A stretch of 62,771 nucleotides of DNA, the filler included, from Platydemus manokwari (lineage: Eukaryota): the NCBI GenBank assembly GCA_037951405.1. It is 6 parts of 6 records of this genome, joined end to end, with 100 filler letters (N's around TTAATTAATTAA, not from the genome) between each part and the next. Parts side by side here need not be neighbours in the genome. Positions count along the whole stretch, not along the records: positions 11,550 to 20,763 come from JBBMOY011282206.1; positions 20,864 to 30,539 come from JBBMOY011219543.1; 4 more parts are not named here. One strand, 5' to 3'. Below the pieces are notes generated by a model that saw only the letters and a program-made list of their open reading frames with translations, made no database searches and was not told the origin of the DNA. Position 1 is the stretch's first letter. Each line of letters starts with the position of its first letter. Positions 13,596-25,459 of the stretch are shown one piece after another. Position numbers and translations under genes: made by a program.

Positions 13596-14445
13596 TTAAA
13601 AATTTTTTAACCTAAAATAATCTTTATTATATTGTATATGAAAATCAATATTGGAATTTTATCAATTCGATTTTGTATTAATTTGTATCTAAATTAATTT
13701 GATAATTTTAAATTTGAGTTCGTTATTTAATTTGTTCCTATTTCTATCAAAGTTCTTAATTATTCGTATATTTGACATTTCACATTGTTAAAATAACATT
13801 CGAAGTTAGAAATATTTTATAGTAGGCGTGTGCTTAAATATTAATAGTTGAACAATAAATAAATCGAAATCACGAACTTGAATCTTGAAAATGTTATTAC
13901 CAGCTGATTCGAATCGAACAATACAATGGCGAAAAACTAATGACGAAAGCTAACTTTGCAAAAAGGTGTTCGAATCTTTAAGCTTCTGTTGGGTTGTATC
14001 AAATTAGGACAGAGAATTTAAGACATTTTTCCTCCGAATTTAGTGCTGTTCAGGTCTTTTAATTCAATAAAATATACAAATACATATATAAAATATACGT
14101 ACATTAATAATCATATAGATACAATTTACTGCCAAGCCTACATACACCCGAGCTCTTTTAGATTTATAAATTTATCTTACAAAATCTTCATAAGCTCTAA
14201 ACAATACATGCCAACATAATCATACACGTATTTACTGGGCAACATGAACAATGCATCATACCTACAGAGACTTTGGAATACACCTCGAAAGTGTCGATAC
14301 ACAAATACTTGATGAGCGTGCATGTCAATTGCCATTCAGATGCCTCCGAAATATGAATCCATTACTATTGTTACAAATAAAACGTTTAAAACTGAATAAT
14401 TTATTTAATACAATAACGATGTTAAATACATCATTTTATTATTGG

Positions 14446-14990
14446 TGATGTAATAACATCTTGGGAGGTTTATTGGATTTAGCAACTGACAATTGTGCGA
14501 TCACTAATCAACATGCAATCAAACAACATACACACGTCATACATACCACATTCACATTTCCATTTACGAATCTCCCTTACAACTATAATTCGATCGTGAT
14601 TTAGTGCACATCAACAACAGGCAACAAACATCAAGATAAGCCAATGGAACGAGATTTAGAACAGAATCTACTAATAAACTAGTATGTAGATGGTTCTAAT
14701 TAATAAAAGATCAAAGCTATAAATCATTAATTGAACCTGCACGATAAATAGGATCTCACGAGCAACAACCAGTCTTTTTATCGGTAGCTATTACTCTGTG
14801 TGAATATTAAGTGATTTTTCATGGCAGTTTTGTAGTTTTCTCCTACCAAGTATAAAAACTTTAAATTACTCTTTCCATCCTGAGTGATATCACTTGTTAG
14901 TTTATTATGATTTTTAATTGTATTCATTGACTGGTTGGATTTGTAATTCATTGTGATTCAAATTATTTTTTTCAGCATTCAACTTCAACA
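14446..14990 (+). mobile_element. solo LTR-like repeat (same family)
   Basis: TGATG...CAACA termini with AAGATAAGCCAATGG and CCAGTCTTTTTATCGGTA family motifs. No clear TSD. Confidence 0.6.
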
Positions 14991-15030
14991 CCATGTAGAC
15001 AAGATTGAATTCATTCGTTAATAACTGATA

Positions 15031-15560
15031 TGTTGAGTGTGAAACAAAACCAAATCAAGATACCTATGAAAAACACTCAAAAGGTTGAATCACACAGACT
15101 CAATAAGCACATTTACCAAGAGCCAATTAGATACCTCCAAAATATCAATCCTTAAATACAATTTGATTATCAATTGGAAAACATCAATAAGAGGCAATAA
15201 GCACTAAGATAAGCCAATGGCTCGAGAGTTAGATACCCTACTAATTAACTAATAGATAGACTATTTTAGAGAATAGAAAAGGTTGAGGTAATTGGTAAAC
15301 AGACAACGATCAATAAAAGGAGTCACATCTGGGTAGTAACTACCAGTCTTCTTTGATCGGTAACTTTAACCTAACTTACTATTTACTTTATCATTCTAAT
15401 GGCCAATCTATTATGATTATTGTTTATATTTCTGTTTTATCTTTCCAATGATCATGCACTCGAGTCTGTTTAAAGAGCGATTATTAACAGATTGATTTTA
15501 AAGTCTATTTTGTGTTTAAAATTAGATTTTATGGTATTTAACGTTCGTGGATATCAAGCA
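15031..15560 (+). mobile_element. solo LTR-like repeat (same family)
   Basis: Starts TGTTGAG and contains CCAATTAGATACCTCCA, AAGATAAGCCAATGG, CAATAAAAGG and CCAGTCTTCTTTGATCGGTAAC. Right end approximate. Confidence 0.6.
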
Positions 15561-17971
15561 GGTGATTATCGGATAGATTTCTTTATAATTTTGAAGAATG
15601 AATTTTTGAGTAAATTAAACAAGTTTAATATCGATTTTACAGTTGATTAATAAATTTCTCTCTTAAATTATTCAGAATTTTCAAAATGACTTAGGTATCT
15701 ATTAGTTATTATGAAATAAAGAATTTGGTGATAATATTGATTCATCATCATCGAAATAATTAATTGTGAGCTTATCAGTAAATCTCGCATATCTATTTTC
15801 ATTTTCCTGGGCCATAATAATATGGCGTTATATTTGCGATGATCAAACATGTATATTTGTGGAATTTGCAAATATTTTAAAACATAATTGTAAAACACAA
15901 TATGCGGTATGTGGTTTCTAATTATAACTTGTGATTTTGTCCAATAACCTCCTTGAATGTTATTGATTACCTTTTTTTATAAGAACTGTTTTTATCATTA
16001 TCTGATTCGGAAAACATTTAACGATTTAACGCATTAATCAATTGTAAATATCTAGAGCAGCTTACAAAAATGGATTATTTTTACAGTAAACTATATCACC
16101 GATTATATTTAATGATATTAGTAAAATCATTTTAAATTTTAGCAATTTTATATGACAGTCGAGATAAAATGTATTTGTGATGGAGTACTACAACAGTTCG
16201 GTTTATATGTTGGAGTTTCCAAAAAATGACTCTTTACAAACATTTATTGCATAATTTCTAGTGATTTGCTGTATATAAGTAGTAGCGTATAATTTTTATT
16301 AAGTGTTTTGAAAAAACTTTTGGCATGATTGTTTGGAATATTAATTTTGGTTTTTTACTTTCATTTTCCTCAATGTGAAATTACCCCAAAATCTGGAATT
16401 AAAAGAATAAATAATAATTCAATATAATAATAAGAATTATAATAATTTTGGTTGGCAATATTAATATTTTTAATAAATTTAAACACCATTTAAATAAATG
16501 GTAATTTATTATAATTTAATAATAATTTTGAAGTGACATTAAAATTTACTTAAATAAAATAAATTGGTTTAATGATAATTAAGTCCATATTATTGTTACC
16601 AACTTAAACTATAATAAATAAACCCATTATCCCGAGAATAATAGAAGAATTAAAACGCTTAACAAATGAAAAAATCAATAACAATAAACCGAAATTGCTG
16701 CCCTCGATTTAAATTGCAACCCATTATTTCTTTTGACTAGGTAGTCCAGTATATAAGATAGCCAAAAGAAACCACAAAACCCTTGTATTATTCGAGAAGA
16801 ACATTTATTCTTGAAAAACCGAGCAGTTTTATTTGCCTCGTAATTCTTCAGGAAGAGAATGGAAATGGACGACTAAAGATCGAAGTAAGATAGTTCATGT
16901 AAAACCTCATATAATTATCTAAACGCCGTATTCTTCATATTTATTGAGCAAAGCTCAAATTCCTTGAAATAGACACTTCCCCGATATCGAATAATGGGTT
17001 TGCTTGGTCTACGATCTTTCACCCTGAATTTCACATTGATTTGCAACGTTTAAGTTTATAGCGTAGTGTTGAGTGAGATGAAATTCTGCAAAATGAAAAA
17101 CGAAATTACACCTTGGAACCCTTTAACTTATATTGTGTTTAGTTCATTTGACTTTTCACATAGTTGGTTATTAACGTAAAATATGAGATCAATTTGTTTA
17201 CGATTCGATCGTAAACCTTACCTTGTGACCAAATCAAAGCTTTCAAATAAATCAAATACTTATATTAACGATTTACCACAATTTATATAATTACCAAATC
17301 AAGTGTTATGTAATTATTTATCAAAAACTATAATTATATTATCACAGCTTTCTTCAAATTAATCTCACTGACTATTAATGATCCACCAATTTTCACTTTC
17401 ATTTTCATTAACTTTTCAACTTAATCATCTGACATAATCAATTATCGATCAGTTTCCGAATTTACTATTTTTTAACTTTTCAGATTAGTCAATTATCAAC
17501 TCTGCTCTATTGGAGATTTTACTTTAGACTTGCTTTAATTTTCAAGTCTGATTTTCTGGTTGAAATGTTCCACTGTATACTATATCTTACTATATTTGTA
17601 GTGGTCAATTGGTACCAGTTTATTTAATTATTTTATATTTATCGTATAAATTAAATTTATTTGCTTATCAAGTTTCTTTTTTCAAAAGCTTTTCTATAGA
17701 TTCCTGTAAAAATTATTGCGACAAATGTTAAGGTTAATTCAATTTACAATAATATTATTAATTGTTTTCAAGCAGTTTCATTTTTATGATTGCTCACATA
17801 GTTCAAGATAATTATTTCAATAATGTGAATTGATCATTCTAACATTTTACTTTTTATATATTAAGTTCAATGTTCACTCTGCAATTTAAACTTGAAGCTT
17901 GTTTTAATTTATGATTGTTTAAAATTGACCTTGATAAAAACTTTGAATCATTTCAAAATTTGAAATATTTA

Positions 17972-19524
17972 ATGGCTGAAAATGATGATATTTTCTTCTT
18001 TACTTCTGAATCTGTTGGAGAAGGACATCCAGGTTAAAGTTCGTCATGTAGGCTCATATCTTTAATCTTTTTAATTTAGATAAAATGTGTGATCAGATTA
18101 GTGATGCTATTCTAGATGCTCATTTGAAACAAGATCCAAAAGCTAAAGTAGCATGTGGTTGCTATGTTATTATCAATTTCTATATTTAAAAATATTTGTA
18201 GAGGCATTTACTAAAACCGGTATGGTATTAATTGGAGGTGAAATAACTTCCTCTGCTGTCGTTAACTATTCAGAGATAGTTCGTAATACTATCAAACGAA
18301 TAGGATTTGACAGTTCAGAAAAAGGTTTAGACTATCGAACTTGTAATGTTTTGGTGGCAATTGAGCAGCAAAGTCCCGATATAGCTAAAGGTGTCCATGC
18401 TCAGCGTTCGGATGATGATATTGGGGCTGGTGATCAGGTAGAACAAATAATAATATTATTATATTACTGGATTAAATTACGAGGGTCTCATGTTTGGATA
18501 TGCAACAGATGAAACAAAAGAGTTCATGCCTCTTACATTAACTTTAGCTCACAAAATTAATCAACGTCTGGCTTACTGTCGAAGAAATGATATTCTTCCA
18601 TGGTTGAGACCTGATACAAAATCACAGGTTAATGAATTAATACAGTATAGAGATTATGTGAAAATCATATTATTCAATTGAATATTAGGTTACAGTAGCA
18701 TACAAAAATTATAAAGGTGGATTAATACCACTTTATGTTCACACAATAGTGATATCAGCTCAACACGATGAAAATGTCACACAGGAACAATTAAGATCGG
18801 ATTTGATGGAGCATGTAATCAAAGTAGTAATTGATAAGAAGATGCTGATTCCTGAAACTATTTACCATTTGAATCCATCGGGACGATTTGTTATTGGTGG
18901 CCCTCAAAGTGATGCTGGGCTAACGGGTCGGAAAATTATTGTCGACACTTACGGTGGCTGGGGAGCACATGGTGGTGGAGCATTTTCAGGCAAAGATGCA
19001 ACAAAAGTTGACAGATCTGCTGCATATGCAGCCAGATGGGTTGCGAAATCGTTAGTGAGTGAAGGTTTATGTAAACGAGTGCTAGTTCAAGTAATTATAA
19101 TTGTTATTCATCAATTTATGATTGGTTTTAATGCAGATATCATATGCTATTGGAATTGCTGCTCCTCTATCTATCTATGTGAACAGTTACCATTCTAGCT
19201 TGAAAAGCGATTCGGAATTGCTAGAAATCATTAATCTGAATTTTGATTTACGGCCTGGTATAATTATGAGGTTATAAAGAATGATTTCTTGTTTTAATTG
19301 AGATGATTTTGATAGATGCAATCAATTTGTTTATATTGTAAACAAAATGTTTGTTTTATACTCATCTTACATTATGTTTATATTGATTAATTATGTTAAT
19401 AAAAGGAAATCATATTTCTAGGGACTTGAAATTGAATGAGCCAATATTTGAACGAACAGCAACGTATGGCCATTTCGGGAGAGATGAATTCTTGTGGGAA
19501 ATTCCAAAAAAACTTAAATTTTAA
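17972..19524 (+). CDS. MAT2A: S-adenosylmethionine synthetase (methionine adenosyltransferase), 7 exons, 385 aa
   Basis: Exons 17972-18032, 18080-18157, 18202-18437, 18484-18627, 18689-19090, 19137-19270, 19422-19524 (1158 nt). All introns are GT..AG (47, 44, 46, 61, 46, 151 nt). Splicing gives an uninterrupted frame with [28 protein letters not shown] and the TYGHFGR..WE C-terminus. Confidence 0.98.
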
Positions 19525-20763
19525 TAAATAGAATTTTTAACTGTTTTTTTATGTGTGCAATCATTTTTAAAAATCATTGTGAGAATATTGATTATGTAAT
19601 TTGACTCAAAGATGTATGTAAATAATAAATGTATAATAGATGTTGTGAAATATCTCATATGTCCATTATATTTATACACTGACCTTTTAAATAAGCATTT
19701 TTACTGTGAACTTCAATGTAGAATTTTATATTTTTGGATAAACTTAATTTTAAATAATATCAAGCAATTTTTTTAATATCAAAATTACAAATAAATATTG
19801 TTTGGCCATTCCATGATTTCTTTTCGAAAAACTGAAATCATATAAAACGACATTTACGTTATTCAATAACTATTTATCGAATTAATTTTGAACAAATGAA
19901 AAAGCACTGCATTTACTTAATTTAAAAAATATTAAAATTACATATATCATCTTATCACTATTAAAATTCTGTTTGAAATGACAACGGTTGCAAATTGTAA
20001 TTTAAATCAATATACTTTCAAATGAAGATATAAATTTAAAGAAACTATTTAATTATTCATATTCTAATATATGAATGTGTAGTTAGTTACAACACACATT
20101 AATCATGATTATTCAAATATGTTAACAATAAGTTAAATGAAAATGATGTCTGTTTATTTGAAAACTACTATGCAGATTTCTCAAATCACATCAAAATAGG
20201 AAAATTTAAATACATGCTTATCAAAATGGAAATATTGTCCATGTTACGTTCTATTAAAACCTTTTAAAATATACACCAAAATTTAACCACTTTTTGTGTT
20301 TTAGAAATCAAAAACATACCTAATCGCAGATCTTTTAAAAGTAACCAAAAATTCTAAAAATTTAATATACACGTCTTCTAAAAAATTACATGAAAGAATA
20401 TCAATATTTTTATTTTTATTGGATAATAATTATAAATAAATCACTTATAAATTTTGTTTTTTATTAGATCTTATTTGCTTTATTTTAGTTATCATTTTTT
20501 CATGTTTTTAATACCTCTTGTGTTGGTGAAAGTCTTATCTAACTATTTTCGATATTTGACTACTTCTTGGATTATTTACATATTTGTTTCCTTATTATTG
20601 AAATCTTGAAACAAAATGGGAGCGGGTTTTAACAAGAATGTTTTGGAAATATTCCATCGGAAAATAGTTTTGTATGTTTGATCATCAAACATAAAATTTC
20701 AAAACCAGTCATCGTCACATTTTTCATATATTCACATTAACCACTGAGGAATAAATTATCTTC

Positions 20764-20863
20764 NNNNNNNNNNNNNNNNNNNNNNNNNNNNNNNNNNNNN
20801 NNNNNNNTTAATTAATTAANNNNNNNNNNNNNNNNNNNNNNNNNNNNNNNNNNNNNNNNNNNN
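20764..20863. other. assembly linker
   Basis: Same 100-bp spacer. Confidence 0.99.

Positions 20864-20937
<74 letters not shown>
20864..20937 (+). repeat. (TAA)n microsatellite at contig start
   Basis: About 24 perfect units abutting the gap. Confidence 0.97.
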
Positions 20938-21295
20938 TCGGCTTAAAGATTTTTGGTGCGAATATCAAATAAAAACAATGGATTCAAATTTACCAAACTA
21001 AATAAAGATCAGCAATAAACACACTGGCTAGAAAAATATCGCCAAATCCGAATGATACATTGTCAATTAAGACCTACTTTATTTCTCAATCAGAAATCTT
21101 AAATAATAATCGATTTTTAAATTATATGAAGGTCTTTGAAATCATTTACAGATATTCAAGGTAATGTTGTCATGACAATCATGATTTTTAAGGCATGCCA
21201 TTATTAATATAATAATAACTATTATTATTAAAAATGACAACTAAAACCATTAATTTAACTGAAATAAATTCTATAAAAAATAATAATTCACGCAC

Positions 21296-21531
21296 CTGAC
21301 AAAAGTTTGGATAATTCGTAGAAATAATGTTGTGGCATCTGCGAAAGCCAGAGCATTCATCAGAATGTAAGTAGCATTTGATATTCCGATTCGAATGAAC
21401 AGAACGAAATTGAGGAAATTCAATATCGATCCAACCATACAAATCGGTAATTGCAGATAAATCGATAACAAGTCGATCATTGCCTGATACGAGGTACTGT
21501 TGTCATGGGTGACCAAAAGCACTTTTCGCAT
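21296..21531 (-). CDS. rhodopsin-family (peptide-receptor-like) GPCR, exon encoding TM1-TM2; gene incomplete
   Basis: LQLPICMVGSILNFLNFVLF (TM1, GxxxN) followed by SNATYILMNALAFADA (TM2, LAxAD). The exon ends at an AG|GTGCGT donor (21295). The frame stays open ~26 codons upstream of the Met. Downstream exons were not found before the contig end at 20864. Confidence 0.8.
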
Positions 21532-24500
21532 GTCTATTATTAATTCTCTGTCAGAGGTGTTTTGCGTATGTAACGATTTATCACGGATTTCCTTGAAAGA
21601 AATCGATTGTTAAATAATATTTTTATGAATTTTTTGCAATTATTTTTCTTTCACTCACAATCTAATGGCCATTTTACCCAATTATATTTATATTATGTAA
21701 AGAAACTTTTATTTCAAACATAAATATCAATATTATATCGATTTCAAATTTAAGAAAACTTCAATATCGATAAATTATTAAAAATTGATTATTTAAACGA
21801 GAATGTCAGTTACGACAAATGTCTATAAAAATTGCATTGATTGTTTCAAAAATAAAAGATTTATAAAAAAGAATTGAGGTATCTTTTGTTTTCTCTGAAA
21901 ACTGTAATTTTCCCAGAATGAATGTCGAATAAAGTTGTCCCCATTCAGTCACTCTCGTCAATTAATGGGCTATCTTAAAGCAGAATGGAATAAAAGGTGG
22001 TGAAAGGAAAGTTCAACTGGTTTAGATTTGATTTGAAAAAAGAAGAAACGCTGACATTATTATCGATTTACATCTTCAAAAAAGAGTCTGCTACACTAAT
22101 CTGCTACACTATTGGATGGCTAACTATAAACATTCTATCCTCATGCGAAAATTTAACATCACCAGCTGCTTCCGCCATATTGTAATAATGCAACTGATTA
22201 ATAAGAAATAAGAATATAAAGTACATTAATCAGTGAATAATAATTAATATCAATTAGTATAAATATATGAGTATAAATGATATTGTGTTTTGTTGTTTTA
22301 TTTTAGTTTTAGAGACGGAGACTTATGAAACACACGATAGATTTTATCAATAATATTTTATCATATGGGAAATTTAATCGACCTAACAATTCTTCACAGT
22401 TCAATACTTGAATTACTGGTAATTTGTCTTACAGAATCGATTTCTGAGGTAAAAATAAGCCAGAAGAAAATTGTAAGGCATTGCTAAATTTCTTATAAAG
22501 CACAGAGAAATTCATATTCAATCTCACCTAACGAACGAAATCATCATATCATGTCAAAATAATAATTAAATTTTTTGATAAAGTCGAATCAAAAATTTCC
22601 CAATTTCATTTTCAGTCTCCTTTGTAGATATTGCAGATGAAAGATTTTTAGTTCATGGTTGAACGGTATAATTTGAGAATATCATAAAATATTATCGCTG
22701 CAAAATAACCAGAATTGATATTAATGAGATAGCGTATAATATCGAGTGAAATATGTGATTTACTATCTCACCAATCAGTTTTGCAATCAATGAAATAAAT
22801 ATTCAAAGTGATAGTTTGATAATCTTCAACGATTTGTTCACTAAAATTTTTCAATATTACTCTCATTATAATTGAAAATAAAAATAAGCGATGAAGAAAA
22901 TAAGAAATTATTATAAGAAATATGACTTGGGTTCCGAATAGCTACTGTCAATAGAGCGATCACATGATAGCGATTGTATTATAAGAGCTATTGTCATAAC
23001 AGCGATATATGGACAAATTTTGATATAAGCGAACTTACCAGATTAGTAAATAAAGGTTTTAGCAATATACAAATTTCCTCTAAATTAGGTGTTTCTGAAA
23101 CAAGGTATAAGACAAAACCGAAAAAATTTATGTTTTAAGGTATCCACAAATATTGGAGGGAGACCATGTATTCTAACGAAGAGAATAAATACGCATATTA
23201 CAACAATACGAATGTGACAAATTAGAAAATAATATTCTCGGTACTGTTTTGTGAGAAAAAAAATTTGAAAAAATTGTGTCGTCATCGTCAATTAGAAAAT
23301 AGGTTAAAGACTCTATTGAGCTTATCTCACAAAGTGAACACGAACAAGTAAAAATTAACTACCTAAAAAAAATTGTGCGACATTTTGAGTATTTTATTTT
23401 AAAATTATCTCAGAAAGTAAAACAACTAAACATGTAGATACCAACTCGAAAACACAAGCATTTGAAACATAAGCCTGGACCTTGTGACCACATATATCTC
23501 ATACTATCTGGTTGATAATAAATTCGCTAATGTTACAATCGCCATTATGACAGTCACTGATGTGACAGACCCTGTTTCATTAAAATCGCTATTGTGTAGT
23601 CGCTTTATTGACAGTCTTCGTTCTTACTATCCGGCTCGGATCCCAAGAAATATGTGGTCCATTGGTTTGGAAAATAAATTGTGGACGATCCAGATAAGAA
23701 TTTAAACACCGAATGTATTAGTGGTTTGTTCTTAAAGTGATTTATGAAAATATTTTTCCCAAAATGATCATCCAAGGGATTGATTTTTGGTAAGCCAATA
23801 ATAATATTGCTCACGAAACATGCATTAAAACTAATTGAAGTTCAGCACAATCAGCATTTTTTCCTGGTAATATATTTAAATTAATTAACTAAAATTTTAA
23901 AATCCTCATATATTGAATACTTAAAAAATTCAAATTACGTTTGAAATTTTAAACAAAAATAATTAAGGTTGTTTAACAGAGGTATTATCTGCTTATTGCC
24001 AAGATTATAAAATTTTTATAAATGATTTATAAAGTGGCTTTAATTAATTTATTTGAATATTGATATAGAAATATATTTATGGGCTGACTTTCTTAAAATC
24101 GTTTTCGATTCACATTTTATGGATTGGTAGGAGCTAACATGACAACAACGTATTCAGATTCTTTTCTTAAAATATGAATGTTAGAAAGTAAAAAGACAAA
24201 GACAAAAATGATAAAGACAAAATAGAGAATTTGATATAACTATCTGGAAAAAGAGAATTTAATAACAGGAGATGTAAAAATCTCAAATATTTTAATGAAA
24301 TGCTGAATTAACTTTTAATATCGTTTTAAATAAATGAACGATTTGAAATATTTTCAAATATTTTTTATATTTTCATTAAATATACTTTGTGGGTTGAACT
24401 TCATAATGTGTTTTGATGAAATACTAGCAGTTAAGATTTAAAAAATATTAATAATTGCTGTGTTTGGCTCATCTAGCAATACTTTTATCTCACTCCTTAT

Positions 24501-25459
24501 GGATCGGGTTCCCGTCGAGTATTATCAACACTGAACCGTAATTAATGATACAAATACTGAGATAATCGTGTCAGAATTTCATTTTTGCTTCAGAAAAACT
24601 AAAAATCCAATAAAATATTCGTTTATTATTCACTCAGAGTCTGTGTTCGATTTGTTTCGACCAGTTTCTGATCACTGGGAATATAAACATCGGTTAATCG
24701 TTTTTGTTCTTCAGACAACTTAAAATAAAATCGTGATCAAAATGATATTTTTCTCCTAATTTATTTTTGAATAATTATCCGAACCATTTCAATAATCTAT
24801 ATATTATAGATTTTATTAGTGCTATCAATTGATGTTTTAAATTTTATGAACATCCATTAGAAATGATCAATATTTATTCTAGAAAGTTTTGGCAAAATAT
24901 ATACTACTTGAAAAAATATTGTCAGTAGTATATGATTTAATTCTATCTTAAAGCCAATTATTGTTTTAGAATTTCTCAACAGTTTACTCTGGAAATTGAT
25001 GGGAAATAATTTTTCAATACCATTTGTTTGTCTTGTTATGTGATAGTACTTGAAAATTGCTGTGGAATTATAAATTTGTTCTCAAATTAAAAATATGTAA
25101 CACATGAAGATAGAAATCGAAAGAAAGTCTAAAGCAAAATTTTTAATGGATTCGCTGTAAAAATTAGATTTATCTATTTGTAACACATGATAATTCGATA
25201 TCGCGCTAAATAAGATTCTGAACCAGATTTGGGCGGCTTAATTCGTTTTTAACCGTATCGTTTTATCTATTTATTTATTTAATGATGTTCAAGATTCGAT
25301 AAATCCTCAACGATCAGTAAACTCTTTCAAAAGTTTTAGCCAAAAGCGAAAATATTTTTTTCCGAGGAATCTATATATCAAGGGATGTTCTTGATTAGCG
25401 CGTAGGTCTACTTCAGCATTTAATGGTGATAATTGTTTTTAGATTATTTTTCTAAAAAT

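Noticed and set aside
16600-17230. Coding-looking fragments upstream of MAT (e.g. SGREWKWTTKDR)
   Set aside because: Frequent stops in all frames and no recognisable homology.
18153-19198. Three separate ORFs in the ORF track
   Set aside because: They are exons of the single MAT gene read into introns.
19299-19320. TGAGATGATTTTGATAGATG resembles the bantam miRNA
   Set aside because: There is a seed mismatch, it lies on the 5' arm whereas bantam is a 3'-arm product, and the hairpin is too bulged. Small-RNA reads would be needed to revive it.
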